NCBI RefSeq assembly: GCF_006345805.1
Contig: NC_043010.1
Span: 34,782,001-34,846,000 of the forward strand
DNA from: Octopus sinensis
Lineage: Eukaryota
Length of the DNA: 64,000 nt
Direction: 5' to 3'
A program made the translations under genes and the position numbers. Below are positions 1 through 14,169 of this stretch, piece after piece. The notes below the pieces were generated by a model. It ran no database searches and had not been told where the DNA came from. It saw only the letters and a program-made list of their open reading frames with translations. Position 1 is the stretch's first letter; each line of letters begins with the position of its first letter.

Positions 1-92
1 CTATAGTAGAAGACACTTGCCCAAGGTGCCACGCAGTGGAACTGAACCCGGGACCATGTGGTTTGTAAGCAAGCTACTTACCACACAGCCAC
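1..92 (-). mobile_element. tRNA-derived SINE, family B (5' part; cut by window edge)
   Basis: Reverse complement reads gtggctgtgtggtaagtagcttgc...ggttccgggttcagttccactgcgtggcaccttgggcaagtgtcttctactatag (A/B-box-like head). The same sequence recurs at 6785-7190, 22310-22700, 37630-38040, 39980-40135 and 45430-45780. Confidence 0.8.
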
Positions 93-107
93 TCATATAT
101 ATATATG

Positions 108-191
<84 letters not shown>

Positions 192-202
192 ATATATATA
201 TA

Positions 203-242
<40 letters not shown>

Positions 243-917
243 ATATACTCATAAATACACAGACACATGCATAAAATGTATAGTAAGTGATGGCATAAAA
301 GACATACAATCATATTAGCTGCACCACAATTTCAACAGTACATATTCAGGAACAAAGATTTTAATGCATTAAATTTATAGGAGGCCCAGCTTTGTGTATA
401 AGACATGTGTGGTTTCTTTGCAGACAAAGTTTTGGGAAAAAGTGTGTTTTATATGCCATCAAACATGGTACTTAGAGCAAGTTTTATAAACATTTTGGTC
501 TGAGAGTTAGCAGTAAAAATTTACATCCCATGTAATTTATATTACTAAGTCAACTGATCAAAAGAGATCTTACAGCACAGTATTTAACCATGTGAGTGTA
601 GAGTCATCTGGGTTAATAAAACATTAATTAGTCTCACAGAGACGCTTACGGGTTTATTATGGTGACTGCATGAATGGATGAGACAAAAAGCATGTGTCAA
701 CCTTGACATTCCCAGGTAGCAGCAATGCTGCTCTCAGCACAGCTAAAATGATTGGTATTGTTCAAAGTCACTGAAATTGTGATCTCTGGTTTGAACAAGG
801 GAGTGTTGCACAGTGCAAGCTTTATGCAAACTATCTATCAATTTATCTACCTGCAAATTTATGTGAATACATTACTTATGTCTACTACTGTTTGTGCCTT
901 TTCTGCTTTTGTATACA

Positions 918-957
<40 letters not shown>

Positions 958-986
958 AAAAAAGGAGATGTCGAACACGAGTGGTG

Positions 987-1113
987 ATATATAAAAAAGG
1001 AAATGAAGAAAATGCTGACAAATAATTGAAGTAATTTAAGTAATTTAATTATTAAATTACTTAAATTACTTCAATTATTTGTCAGCATTTTCTTCATTTC
1101 CTTTTTTATATAT
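987..1113. repeat. Perfect palindrome: 63-bp arms, 1-nt loop (T1050)
   Basis: Checked base by base: 987-1049 is the exact reverse complement of 1051-1113. Confidence 0.97.
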
Positions 1114-1187
1114 ATATATATATATACATACACACACAAACATACACACATGCGTGTGTGTGATATTAAACATATTACACATACATA

Positions 1188-1390
1188 GGGTGGCGAGCTG
1201 GCAGAAATGTTAGCATGCTGGGCAAAATGCTTAGCTATATTTTGTCTGTCTTTACGTTTTAAGTTCAAATTCCACCGAGGTCGAAGTTTGCCTTTCACCC
1301 TTTCAGGGTTGATAAATTAAGTACCAGTTGTGTACTGGGGTCGATCTAATTGACTGGGCCCCTCCAAAAAAACTTCAGGCATTGTTTCCA
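1188..1390 (+). mobile_element. tRNA-derived SINE, family A
   Basis: Head ggcgagctggcagaa...gttcaaattcc (A/B-box-like); body gcctttcaccctttcagggttgataaattaagtaccagttg. More than 20 related copies in the window. Confidence 0.85.
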
Positions 1391-1974
1391 GCAGCTGGCA
1401 TTTTTTCACTCTTCCTTCTTCCATCTCTCACTCTCTCTATATATGGGTGTGTTTGTGTGTAATTTATCTCAGAAAATAGAACATTAACATCGATTTCCTG
1501 TGTGACTTGCAATTTTCAAGGTGACAGTGCAGTGCATTGTTTTAATGAGTTTTAAACAAAGAACAAACTTTATCTCAATGATCAAACTCTGATTTTTCTA
1601 TTCCCATTCAAATTTAATATTTGTGGGTGTGAGAGAGAGAAAAGACTAAATTTTACAGATTTTAATTTATTCTGATAATGATGATGATGATGATAATAAT
1701 AATAATAATCCTTTCTATTATAGAAAAAGAATAGAAGTGGGTAGGTGGGTGAGTGGTTTGCAAGTAGGATGAGGGGGGGGGGAGGTAGACTGCCAACATG
1801 GATAGGGTTGAAGGGTGGATGTAACAAGAACTATGAAGTGAGAAAAGGGGAAGAGGCATAGAGGGTGGACAGTGCATAGAGGGTGGACGAGAATCACTGT
1901 ATTGGGTGGTGAACCCAAAACATAGCATTTCCCATGTGTGTGTGTGCATGCATTAGTATTACTACTGATTTCAA

Positions 1975-4866
1975 ATTTTGGCACAAGGCCAGCAATTTTG
2001 AGGAGAGGGTAAATTGATTACATCAACCCCAGTGTTCAACTGGCACTTATCTTATCAACTCCGAAAGGACGAAAGGCTAAGTCAACCTCGGTGGAATTTG
2101 AACTTGGAATGTAAAGTCAGACAAAATGCTGCTAAGCATTTTGCCCAGCATGCTAGTGATTCTGCTAGCACTCCACCTTGAGTAAGTATTAATACTGCTA
2201 TCTATTTTATCAACTCCAGGATGACAAGAGGTAAAGTAAGATTTTAACACGGAACTAAATACCACATGGCATTTTGTCAAGTGCTCTACTGATCTTATCT
2301 TCCACCACCCTTATGAGAACCATCAGCAATGCATTATTTCCATTTGATTGTGTGCATTTGATTAAGTGTAAAGCCTACTCTTAACTTAATTTTCTCCATC
2401 ATATTATTGATACTTTCTGAGACCCCCTTCGGTCATGACTGACCATGGGATTGCACCTAGAAAGTTACCCTCACAGGCACAAGTCCGGGCAAGGTTCTTT
2501 ATGGAAGATCAGTAGTGCCCATGTATACCAGCCTCCCCTCTCCACGCCACCAGTGTTATCCAAGGGAAAGGCAAAGGCCGATACAGCTTGGCACCAGTGA
2601 TATCGCAACTCATTTCTACAGTTGAGTGATCTGGAGCAACGTAAAATAAAGTGTCTTGCTCAAGAACACAACACACAGCCTGGACCAGGATTTGAACTCA
2701 CAACCTCGCAATCATAAGCTCAATGCTCTAACCACTGAGCCATGTGCCTTCACTATTGATACCTATTGTATTGATTTTCAAGTGAAGAAAGCAAAGTCGA
2801 CCACAAGAAAATCTGAACTCAGGTCATAAGAGGAAGAAACTAAACACTATCAGACAATTTAAACCAGTATTTTACAGCCCTGCCACTTCACCACTTAAAA
2901 TATAACAGTTCATAATTACAAGATTGACAAGTTGTCTGCTGTACTAAAAAACTAATGATTTCCCACAGTGACATAAGAGACACAAATTTACAAGTAAGGA
3001 GGAGGCATAGAGTTTATCGAATCAACCCAGCACATGACTGATACTTGCTTTATAAACTCTAAATGAACTTCATCTCAGAAGAGTACTTGAATGATTATGG
3101 AAATTTAATAATAATAATAATAATAATAATGATAATAATAATGATTTCTTTTATTATTTTTAATAATGATTTATTTTATTAATAATGATAATAATACTTC
3201 GTATTGTAGGTACAAAACCTGAAATTTTGGGGAGTTGGGAATTAGTTAATTACATCGACCCTTGCACTCAACTGATAATTATTTTATTGACTGCCTCCCC
3301 AACCCCCTCCTTGAAAGGATGAAAGTTGATCTCGGCAGAATTTGAACTCAGAATGTAAAGACAGACAAAATGCTGCTTAACACTTTGTCCAAGATGCAAA
3401 AAATTCTGTCAGTTCATTGCCTTAACAACAATAATAACGGTAAGCTTTTCTACTATAGGCACAAGACCTGAAATTTTGGGGGAAGAGTTGCAGTCAATAT
3501 CATCGACCTCCGCACTCAACTGGCACTTTTAATAACTGTTTCTGATTTAGGTATATGATCAGTAATTCTGAAGGTAGGTGGTCAGTTGATAACATCAACT
3601 TCAAAACCAGGCTGGTGCTTTATTTCGGGAACCAATAAAATAAAGGATGGAAAGCAAAGTTGGCCTCAGCAGGATTTGAACTCAGAACATAAAGAGCTGG
3701 AAGAAATACTGGAAAGCACTTTTTCAGATGCTCTAAAAATTCTGCTAATCCATCACAATAACAATAACAATAATAACAATGGTGATGGTGGTGATGGACT
3801 CTCCTATTGAAGACGACATGAGTGTCCAGTTTTTGCTGAAAGACCTGCACAAATGATTTGCTTATAGTGATCAAAGGTATGTGCTGTACATTGGCTCACC
3901 CCCTCCATCAAATCGACATGATGCATGGTGTGCTATGTGTCAGGTGTTGAAGTGATTGCAGAGCAACATGAGATTAAGTGTTTTGCTCAAGAACACAATA
4001 CACTACCTGACCTAAGAATTGAAACCACAATCTTGCAATCGTGAGTGCAAAACCTTAACCAAAAGGCTATGCATCCTCATAATAATAATAATAACAATAA
4101 CAATTCTTTCAACAAGAGGTGCAAGGCCTTGAAATTTCAGGGGAGAGGGTAAGTCGATTACATTGACCCCCAGAGTTTAACCAGTACTTATTCTATCGAT
4201 CCCAAAAAGATGAAAAGCAAAGATGACTTCAGTGGAATTTGAACTCAGAATGAAATAATGATAATAATATAAGTAGTAACTCACTACCCACATAAATTCT
4301 ACCAAGAATAAGACCAAACCTGAGTCAAGTCAAATAATAACAATTGTTTGAAAAATTTGGCCCAAGTTCAGTAAATTTAACAGGGGCTGAGGTTAGTTGA
4401 TTACATTGACTCCAGTACTTTATTAACCCCAGAGGGATAAAAAGTAAAGTTGGCCTCTATGGGAATTGAACTTAGAAATATAAAGGATTTTAACTAAATA
4501 CCTAAAGGGATTTTGTGTAACACTAATGAGTCTACCAAATAATAATAATAATGATTCCTAATTTAGGCACGTTTTAGAAGAGAGAGGAGAGAGTAAATGC
4601 TGAAGTCAATCCCAGTACTTAACTAGTTTTGTTGTATTGATTGTCTGGAAAGATGAAAGACAATTACACTGGCACCTCATGGTGTTTGGCAGACTACCAC
4701 CTTTATAAAATAATTTTGGTAAAAAAATAAAGATAAAAAAAAATGCCTAACAGAGGTACAATGCCTTCTTACATTTTGGGGATGGAACTGACCGTTAAAT
4801 CAAACCCAAATAATAATAATGATGATGATGATGATGAGGAGGAGGATAATGATAATAATAATGATG

Positions 4867-4909
<43 letters not shown>

Positions 4910-5300
4910 TAATAATAATAATGATAATAATAATGATAATAATAATAATAATCTTTTCTACTCAAGGCTCAAGGCCCGAAATTTTGGGGGATGGGGCCAG
5001 TCGATTAGATTGACCCTAGTGCACAACTGGTACTTTATTTATCGACCCCGAAAGGGATGAAAGGCAAAGTCGACCTTGGCGGAATTTGAACTCAGAATGT
5101 AAAGACAGACAAAATTCCGCTAATAACAGCAATTGTTGAAATTTGGGTGAGGGATGTAGTTGATTACATTCATCCTAGTATATAACTGGTACTTTGTTTT
5201 ATCAACCTAGAAAGAATAATAGGCAAAGCTGGCCTCAGTGGATCTGAACGTAAAATGTAAAGAACCGGAACAAATGCTTCAAAACATTTGTTCAGAAAGC
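1975..5300 (-). mobile_element. Cluster of ~10 same-orientation family A SINE copies, mostly separated by (AAT)n tracts; includes two family D SINE copies
   Basis: Motif gaatttgaactcagaa / actggtactt...ttttatcgaccc / tcgattacat recurs at ~1990, 2190, 3220, 3460, 3570, 4120, 4370, 4570, 4970 and 5140. Long (AAT)n at 3108-3195 and 4810-4950. Confidence 0.8.
2426..2752 (-). mobile_element. tRNA-derived SINE, family D
   Basis: Reverse complement gaaggcacatggctcagtggttagagcattgagc...gagttcaaatcctgg...ttcttgagcaagacactttattt. Related copies at ~3880-4075, 25670-25870, 43010-43310 and 46180-46430. Confidence 0.75.
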
Positions 5301-5687
5301 TTAAGGTGCTCACAGCTGATATCACAAATGACGAGAAAAAAGGGGAGGTGTTTGCTAAATTTTGTTCATAAAAACATCACTAAAAAAAAACCTTAAATAT
5401 CAGCAGAATGACAGCGTTAATATTACAATACATGACAACATACTACAAATGTACACAAACAATTAGGGCGTTAATATGAAGGACAGAGGGAAACTGTCGT
5501 AAGTGTGTGTGTGTGTGATTCTGATTTGCTCTACAAAATTACGCTGAGTCTAATGTATGCATTTGTGTGGTTGCTGAGATTGTGTATATTTATATATACA
5601 ACTATGTATGTGTGTATTTACATACATAATATACATACATGAAAACATACATATCTCTCTCTCTCTCTCTGTATTTTTATATATATA

Positions 5688-5738
<51 letters not shown>

Positions 5739-5772
5739 CACACACACTTTTATACATACATATCCATAAAGA

Positions 5773-5804
<32 letters not shown>

Positions 5805-5846
5805 GATAGATATATATATATATATGAATATGTATGTAAGTATTTA

Positions 5847-5877
<31 letters not shown>

Positions 5878-6784
5878 TTTCACAAGAATGATACCTTGGT
5901 AAGAGTTCCACAACTGTGGAGGTGGCAATGGTGAGTGGATGGGCAGACAACCTAGACAACCTCCTACCTAACCATGACAAACCCCAACTAAATCACTCCT
6001 AATGCCGATCCATCTAAGACAAATAAAAAAAAATCTCTTTGTCAGTCATTTGACAATAAATTAAATTAAGATACATACCTTTGGTGTGTGCATTGATACA
6101 CAGAAGAGAGAGAAAACAAGAGAACAGCAGTGTAACTTGTGACTGTTTTGTTATTATTATTGTTCTTGTTGATTGGTTTTATATTTTTTTTTGTAGGGAG
6201 TATGTAGGGGAGGGAAGAGTGAATGTGATTGTAGGTGAGAGTTTGTTTAGACTAAATGCTACAGTCCTATCCTCTTCTGATAAAACCTCAACTATAATGA
6301 ACCTAAGAGGAAGGTTTGCTAAAATTGCTAGAAATAACAGCTGAATTACCTCCGATTGTAAAGACAATTGTAAAGACAAAAGAAAAAAGAGAAAGAGAAA
6401 CAGACTGGACAATGTAGTCCATGTATGCAAAAAGGCAGGAGTGTCACAGATGAAATGCAATCATTCTGAACCATTTCTTAGCCAATGAACCCCTTTGGTT
6501 CCTATTTTACTCAAAGGACCAGGATCCTCGTAGCCATTTGATATCTAAAAGCTCTTATAATATTTTTATTATTATGAACTGCTTCAAAAAAATGTTTAAA
6601 TACTTTGTATATTGTGGAAATTATTGCACATAAGTTTTAACAACAAAATCTTATATGGACCCCTAAGGACCATTGGGGACCCCAGTATGGAACCACTGTT
6701 CTAAATGATCAGGGCTGAACTCTGAATAAGTCACCAAACTTATGTGTACAAACACACACACTGGATGCAGGCATATATGTATAA

Positions 6785-7190
6785 TTCTTTTACTCTTTTA
6801 CTTGTTTCAGTCATTTGATTGTGGCCATGCTGAAGCGCCGCCTTTAGTCGAGCAAATCGACCCCAGGACTTATTCTTTGTTATCCTAGTGCTTATTCTAT
6901 CGGTCTCTTTTGCTGAACCGCTAATATACAGGGACGTAAACACACTAGCATTGGTTGTCAAGCGATGTTGGGGGGATAAACACAGACACACAAACATATA
7001 CACACACATACACATATATACGACAGGCTTCTTTCAGTTTCTGTCTACCAAATCCACTCACAAGGCTTTGGTCTACTATAGCCCAAGGCTATAGTAGAAA
7101 ACACTTGCCCAAGGTGCCATGCAGTGGGACTGAATCTGGAACCATGTGGTTGGTAAACAAGCTACTTACCACACAGCCACTCCTACGCCT
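6785..7190 (-). mobile_element. Near full-length family B SINE
   Basis: Head aggcgtaggagtggctgtgtggtaag, central (TG)n, tail ...gcatggccacaatcaaatgactgaaacaagtaaaagagta. Confidence 0.85.
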
Positions 7191-7622
7191 AATTAAGAAT
7201 TTTGCTTTTGCAATCATTAGTTCCAAGCTTCATCCTTATGGGAGAGCATCTTGTACAGATGATATCTTTAACCACAGCCTCAAACAGACTGACAGAAACC
7301 TTGGGAGTGAAACTTGGTGGGTGGAAACTGTGGGAACTTGTTGGAAGGACTGTAGCAATAATTTAGAAGCCTGGCCTTGTCATGTAATTGTGTTAAGCTG
7401 ATTCTGTCTAAGAAGTGATTACATGAAGAATATATGTGTGCCAGGCACTTACATTCAATGAATGATTGAATTGGAATACTTGACTGAACTGGAATATTCA
7501 TCAATCATTGTCTGATGAGAAATCCATTTACTTTTAATTAATTATATATATGATTGCATGTATGAATGTGTGTGTATATTTATATATCTATATCTACATA
7601 TCTCTCTCTTTCTCTCAGTATG

Positions 7623-7654
<32 letters not shown>

Positions 7655-7752
7655 TTTATATACACATTTACATATATATATACATATATACAAATAATAT
7701 ATATATATATACACACACATATACAAATATACATGTATACCTATACACACAT

Positions 7753-7795
<43 letters not shown>

Positions 7796-7860
7796 TACGT
7801 AGATATACACACATATACATATATATGTATGTGTGTGTGTATATGTATGTATATGTGTGA

Positions 7861-7892
<32 letters not shown>

Positions 7893-7918
7893 CTTTATAA
7901 TAAATAGCAGATATAATT

Positions 7919-7952
<34 letters not shown>

Positions 7953-8707
7953 AATTATATCTGCTATTTATTATAAAGACACACATGCAGTGACATCACC
8001 CATTATATCATTATAAGCACCAGTTTGAGACAGAAAACCAGAAACAAGCAACCTTCAACAAACAGACCAACCAAAACTACCCTTAAAAACAAAACTGAGT
8101 GAAAAAAAACAACAGTGATCGGCTAAAAATAGTAGCCAAATGTCTTGCAAATCAGACCTTATTGTCTTAAAAACAAACAAACAAAAAAGAAAAAAGGATA
8201 TATTAGATAATGCAGACCTTCATACACAAAACAATGGATGGGACATGGTTGGAATGTCTTTGATTATAGGCCTAGTTAATGAAAGTAAACCAAGGGCTGA
8301 ATGACAACAAAATCAGAGCTGTGGAGTTTATGTATATAGCATTGTAATCAGCAGACAAGGTGAAGACAAAACTATTACTACTACTACTCCTGGTGGTGGC
8401 TGCAGCAGCAGTAGTGGTGGTGGTGGTAGTAATAGCAGAAGTAGTAGTAGTTGTACTAGTAGTGACTGCCACACTGGTGATGTAGTAGTGTAAATAATGG
8501 TAACCTTTGAAGAGGTTAAGAACATACATGTATGTATGTATATTCATTAGTTTGTTTTAGTCAACACAGCCCTGGCTAGGCTGGAACACCATCTTTATAT
8601 TATATGTACTCTTTATATTCAAACACAAACACACATTTCTATATAAGGCACTCGTGTACTGAATTCTATTTCATCTATTTTCTTCCACGAAACCTATATA
8701 TATATAT

Positions 8708-8768
<61 letters not shown>

Positions 8769-9045
8769 CAGACAGACATATACACACAAACAGATATACT
8801 CAATTGTTTGATTGCCAACGATGTCGTTCAATATAGGTGTGTTCTAATTGTTATGAAGACTTTGAACTCTAGGCAAACTGTTGACATTTCTCTAATATCA
8901 ATATCTGGAGCAACACAAGCAACAACAACAATAGTAAGTACCTGAGGGTCTTGTGTAATTTAAACTTTATGAATAGGGATGGAGTTAGTGGATCGAGACT
9001 AGGCAGGTGTTTCTATGCATTCGAGCAATTTTGCTTGAGTGTGTA

Positions 9046-9113
<68 letters not shown>

Positions 9114-11393
9114 TGTACACACATGCATATCTATATAAACGAATGTATTGGGAATCACTTGATTCCTTCTATTGCTACCGGAAGACTCACATACATAACG
9201 TAAACAGTGGGTTAGGTAATATTTGGTGACATTTAATTATATGTACATATAAGAGAGAGTGACAGAAAGAGAGAGAGTGTGTGTAAGCAAATAAAGCAAG
9301 TCATGTACTCTAAAAAGAAAACATTACTGTTTGTATATCCTGGATTGTTGGTTGCTTGGTCCAGCTAAATTATGCTTGAATTTCATTAATTTTATGGCTT
9401 GGTAACCAAGTCCTCATCTGGAGTGCTTGGTTCTACTTGATTCTTTGAATCCAATTTTTACATTATATATATATACACACACACACATATATATATATAT
9501 ATCTTCGTATTTTGTATATTCCAGATGTCTACCAGTGTACTCATAAAAGCACCTACGCTACTTGTTGCTGGCTACTATACATGATTTTCAACATGTTGAG
9601 TATGGAATCACTATGTATGCAGTACTCCATGTAGCATAAGATAAATACATTAATAACAAGAAATACTTCATGGATGAAGATTATATATACACACACACAC
9701 ATATATATATATATACATATATATATATATTGTATGTATGTGTGTATATGAAGCAAGGATGATGATATGCATGCGTATGTGTATACATAAGTGTATTTGC
9801 ATTCATATACACACAAAAGTATGGCTGTGTGGCGGAGAAATTCACTTCACAACCACATGATTTCAGATTTGATTCACCCCTGCAAGACACCGTAGACAAG
9901 AGTCTTTTACTACAGGTTTGTGAGTGAAACAGGAAATAGGTCAGCAGAAAGTATCAGGAAACCTGTCATACACACACATACGTGCATGTGTGTGTGTGTG
10001 TGTGTGTTAGTAATGTGTATGGGCATGCATTTGTGGCTTCTCATTTGCATCTTAATATTAATTGCATGCTTTACTGCAAAACGGTTTCACTGCTTAGACA
10101 ATGTTGCTACTGTGCATGGTGGTGAGGAAAACAAGTCCAGTCACTGAGCAGTTAGCCATGCAAAAGTATCCTATTTGGAAACAAAGGTTGGTGATAAGGG
10201 TATCTGGCCATGGAATCTTGCCCAATCCATGCAGCCTAGAGAGAGAGAGAGTATGTGAGTGTGAAATGTAGCCCTCCAAGTTATTAACAAGAGTTTCAGA
10301 CGAGCCATCTGCAGGAGAGGGGTGGTGGAATTTTGAATTTTGGGTAAGAAATTTCAGAACTGGAGGCAAAGCCTTGGACTGAAGCACCTTGAAGTAGACT
10401 CAGCAATGATTAATGGTTCTGTAAGTTGCAAGAAAGACAGGGTGTAGCTACCATCAGGAAGATAGCCATGATCAGCATGCGGAGGCGAAGTAGGTAAAAA
10501 TTCCATATAATGTGCAAGGTGTAAACCGCAGATACAAAAGGAAGTGTAGTGGGATCACAGGCAGAAAAATACATCATTTCAAGTGTTCAAGTTGTTCTAT
10601 AGAAGTAGTGTAATTAATAGTTTCTGTTACATAGGTGACCTAATTAACCTGCAGTTGTTCTGAAAGCAAAGTAACATGAGTAAGGACAGGGTGAAAGAAG
10701 TTCAAGGAGTTATTACGTCAACTGGTTTCTTGCTCAGCATGGTGAAACTTAAGTTCCTGCCCACTCAAACACAGGGAAGAGTATATTGAAATGGAGGAAG
10801 TGATGGAAGCTGGGATATATACAAAGGTGCAAATATGGCCCTGTTGTAAGAAGCTTGCTTTTAAATCACATGGTTTAGGGTTCAATCTCACTGCATAACC
10901 TATGCAGGACAACGGTCTTCTACTACAGCACCAAGCCATGTGAGCAGATTCAATAAATGGAAACTAAAAGAAGTCCATCATATATACATGTGTATGTGAG
11001 CATGTTACTGTCTCCTCACCTTGACATCACATAGTAGTTGTAAATGAGTATCACCATCATGGAAGCAGTGTCCTTTGTTTCCAATCTTCTCTGAAAATAT
11101 GCCTGGTCATAGGGAAAATTTACCTTACTTAGAATCAGATCAGGGTTGGCAGCAGGAACAGCACCTGGCTGCAGAAAATTTGTTTTAAAAACGTTTGTGC
11201 CCTGCTTGCATAGCACAGTGGGCATTAAAATGATGATGATGATGATCTACAATTAAGTCTTTTGACCATTTTGTACCTCCTAAGTCTCATCTGCCCCTGT
11301 TTATCCATTAGATGTCCTCTCATTTTCCTATTGCTTACTCTCCTATTCACTGTGGTATGGCCTTGGAAAATTATCAATGGAGCAGGGCGAGGA

Positions 11394-11520
11394 GATACAA
11401 CTCAATGAAATCCCATTCAGTGTGGGAACCAAAACAATGTCCTGCTGAATGAGGAAAAAATTTGAGCTCATCCACTTTGGGAAAGAGGATATACTTAAGC
11501 AGCCATATCCTATTCCATTA
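11394..11520 (+). mobile_element. Short degraded LINE reverse-transcriptase C-terminal fragment (CR1/L2/Jockey-group-like)
   Basis: Frameshifted translation ...W...NNVLLNEEKFELIHFGK (KFELIHFGK at 11458-11484) matches the W..N.M.FN..KF..L.FG pattern of CR1/L2 RT ends. Confidence 0.55.
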
Positions 11521-12053
11521 GCAAAATCTCTCAAGCTGACAAACAATGCCAGAAACTTTTATATACATATATATATGTATATGATGTGTGTGTGTGTTTG
11601 TACACACACACATAGCACAAATGCAGGTTTGGATGTGTGGATAAGAAGCTTGCTTCCCAACCATATAATCTTAAGTTCAGGCCCCTGTGTGGCACCTTGG
11701 GTAAGTCTCTTCTGCTATATACTTACACCAATCAAAGCTTTTTGAGAGAATTTGATAGAGAAAAAAATTAAAATCTGTAGTAAATCTGTGCATGTGTGTA
11801 CGTATGTATAGGTTTATATTCATTTATATATTTGTAAATGAGCATCATAATCATATTAGTGATGTTGTTTCCATTCTTGTATAGGGTAATATTACCTTGC
11901 TAGGAAACAGGTGAGGGTTGGCATTAAGAAGAGCATCTGGCCATACAAAATTTGCCTCAACTAATTCCATCATACCAATGCAAGCATAGAATAGAGGACA
12001 TTAAACAACAATAAAGATATGTGTGTGTGAGTGTGTGTATAAGCATATATGCA

Positions 12054-12104
<51 letters not shown>

Positions 12105-12734
12105 ATGTATGTATGTATGTGTGTGTGTATGTGTGTGTATGTATGTATGTATGTAAAAATCTAACCAAAATAAAAGTGAATGCCAAGAGAAAAGGAGAGG
12201 AGAAAAGAGGGAAGAGAAACAAAAATGATAAAAAGTGAGAACTGATATTTCCACCTAAGGATTTCATTATATTCATGCCAATGTTGCTAAATTTGGCAAG
12301 ATTAAGCTCTAGATTATACTTATGACTACCACCATAATGCTACTGCCACAACTATAAACACTACTACTAGCATGAATGTTGCTGCTACAGCTACAAACAT
12401 CTCTATCGCCACCATTACCAGCTGCAACAGATCCACTATGACCATCACCACAGTGTTGCTACTACTAATACTAATACTACTACGGTACTAGTAGTTGCAC
12501 CAGCACTACCAATGCCATCACCACAACAGTATCACTAGCTTCACCATGACCATAATTTTTACACGACGTCTTTTTTTTTTGGTTGTTTGATTTGCTACAA
12601 ATAGCAAACAAATCTCTCTCAAATCATACCCTTTGGTCATAAATAAAGGAAGAATACGTTAGATTATAGGGTACACCATGTCGTTAAAACATGATAAAAT
12701 GTTGTCAACTGGAAAGCTTTTGACCAACCCTCCG

Positions 12735-12735
12735 C

Positions 12736-12781
<46 letters not shown>

Positions 12782-13448
12782 TATATACACATACATATAT
12801 ATATACATATATATATACATATATACACATACATATAAATATATACACATATATGCATACATATATACATATATATCTATATATATATATACACATACAT
12901 ATATATCTATACATATATAAGCACATACATACATATATATAGGCATATATACACATATATATATACATATATGCATATATACACATATATATATACATAT
13001 ATACACATATATATATACATATATGCATATATACACATATATATATATACATATATACACATATATATATATATACATATATACACATATATATATATAC
13101 ATATATGCATATATACACATATATATATATATACATATATACACATATATATACATATACATATATACACATATATATACATATATGCATATATACACAT
13201 ATATATATACATATATGCATATATACACATATATATATACATATATGCATATATACACATATATATATATATACATATATGCATATATACACATATATAT
13301 ATATACATATATGCATATATACACATATATATATATATACATATATGCATATATACACATATATATATATATACATATATGCATATATACACACATATAT
13401 ATATACATATATGCATATATACACATATATATACACACACATATATAT

Positions 13449-13507
<59 letters not shown>

Positions 13508-13562
13508 TATACACACATATGCATATACATATATACACACACACGCGCGCACACACATATAT
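12735..13562. repeat. Large compound (TA)n/(TAYA)n microsatellite with ~30-bp ATGCAT-anchored minisatellite periodicity
   Basis: Unit catatatgcatatatacac(at)n repeats about 11 times in 12960-13430. Source of the long YI/CV/HI ORFs. Confidence 0.95.
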
Positions 13563-14169
13563 ACATTGCAATCATGGTTGACCTGAGTTTGAATAACATC
13601 AAAAACAGACAGCCTGTGTGTAGCCATGGTCACCAAACTTGCTGCTAGTGCAGCGAAATCTCCCATGTATCACATCCTACAATCTTAAAGAAAGACTGCA
13701 TTGAATAATAATGATGTAGTTCTAGAAATATTAGCTGGTTACTGGCGATTGCAATGGTGATAGTTGGAATGCCTATGATCAAAATCTGGTTTCATCAGGG
13801 TTGACCTTGGGCTAAACAGTACCACCACCACCTCCATTCCTAATAACAACAACAATAGCAAAAATAATCTGGCAGTGTTCCTAATTGCCTGTGGTGCCAG
13901 AAAGAAAGTAAAAAGAAAGAAAGAAAGGAAGGAAGAAAGAAACTTTTCTACCCCCTAACTTCACACTCTGCTTTTTCTTATCAATGCAACAATTTAACAA
14001 AGCTGACATGATGGTGGTAGAGGAGTAAGGTGGGGGGGGGATATATGAGAATATGGGAATTTCAGAATATTGGAAGAAGGTGTTATGGAGAGGGTGGGGG
14101 AGTGGAACTTGACATACAACTTGCAAGTGTATGCCAGTTAAACTTTGGGTCATGTTTTCAGGTGTCAAA

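Noticed and set aside
6081-6460. Overlapping 87-93 aa ORFs on both strands
   Set aside because: No coherent splice signals or homology; low-complexity purine/pyrimidine bias explains them.
12659-13666. Long ORFs up to 335 aa (YI/CV/HT-rich), and similar ORFs throughout the window
   Set aside because: Translations of (TA)n/(CA)n/(TG)n/(AAT)n repeats, open in several frames on both strands.
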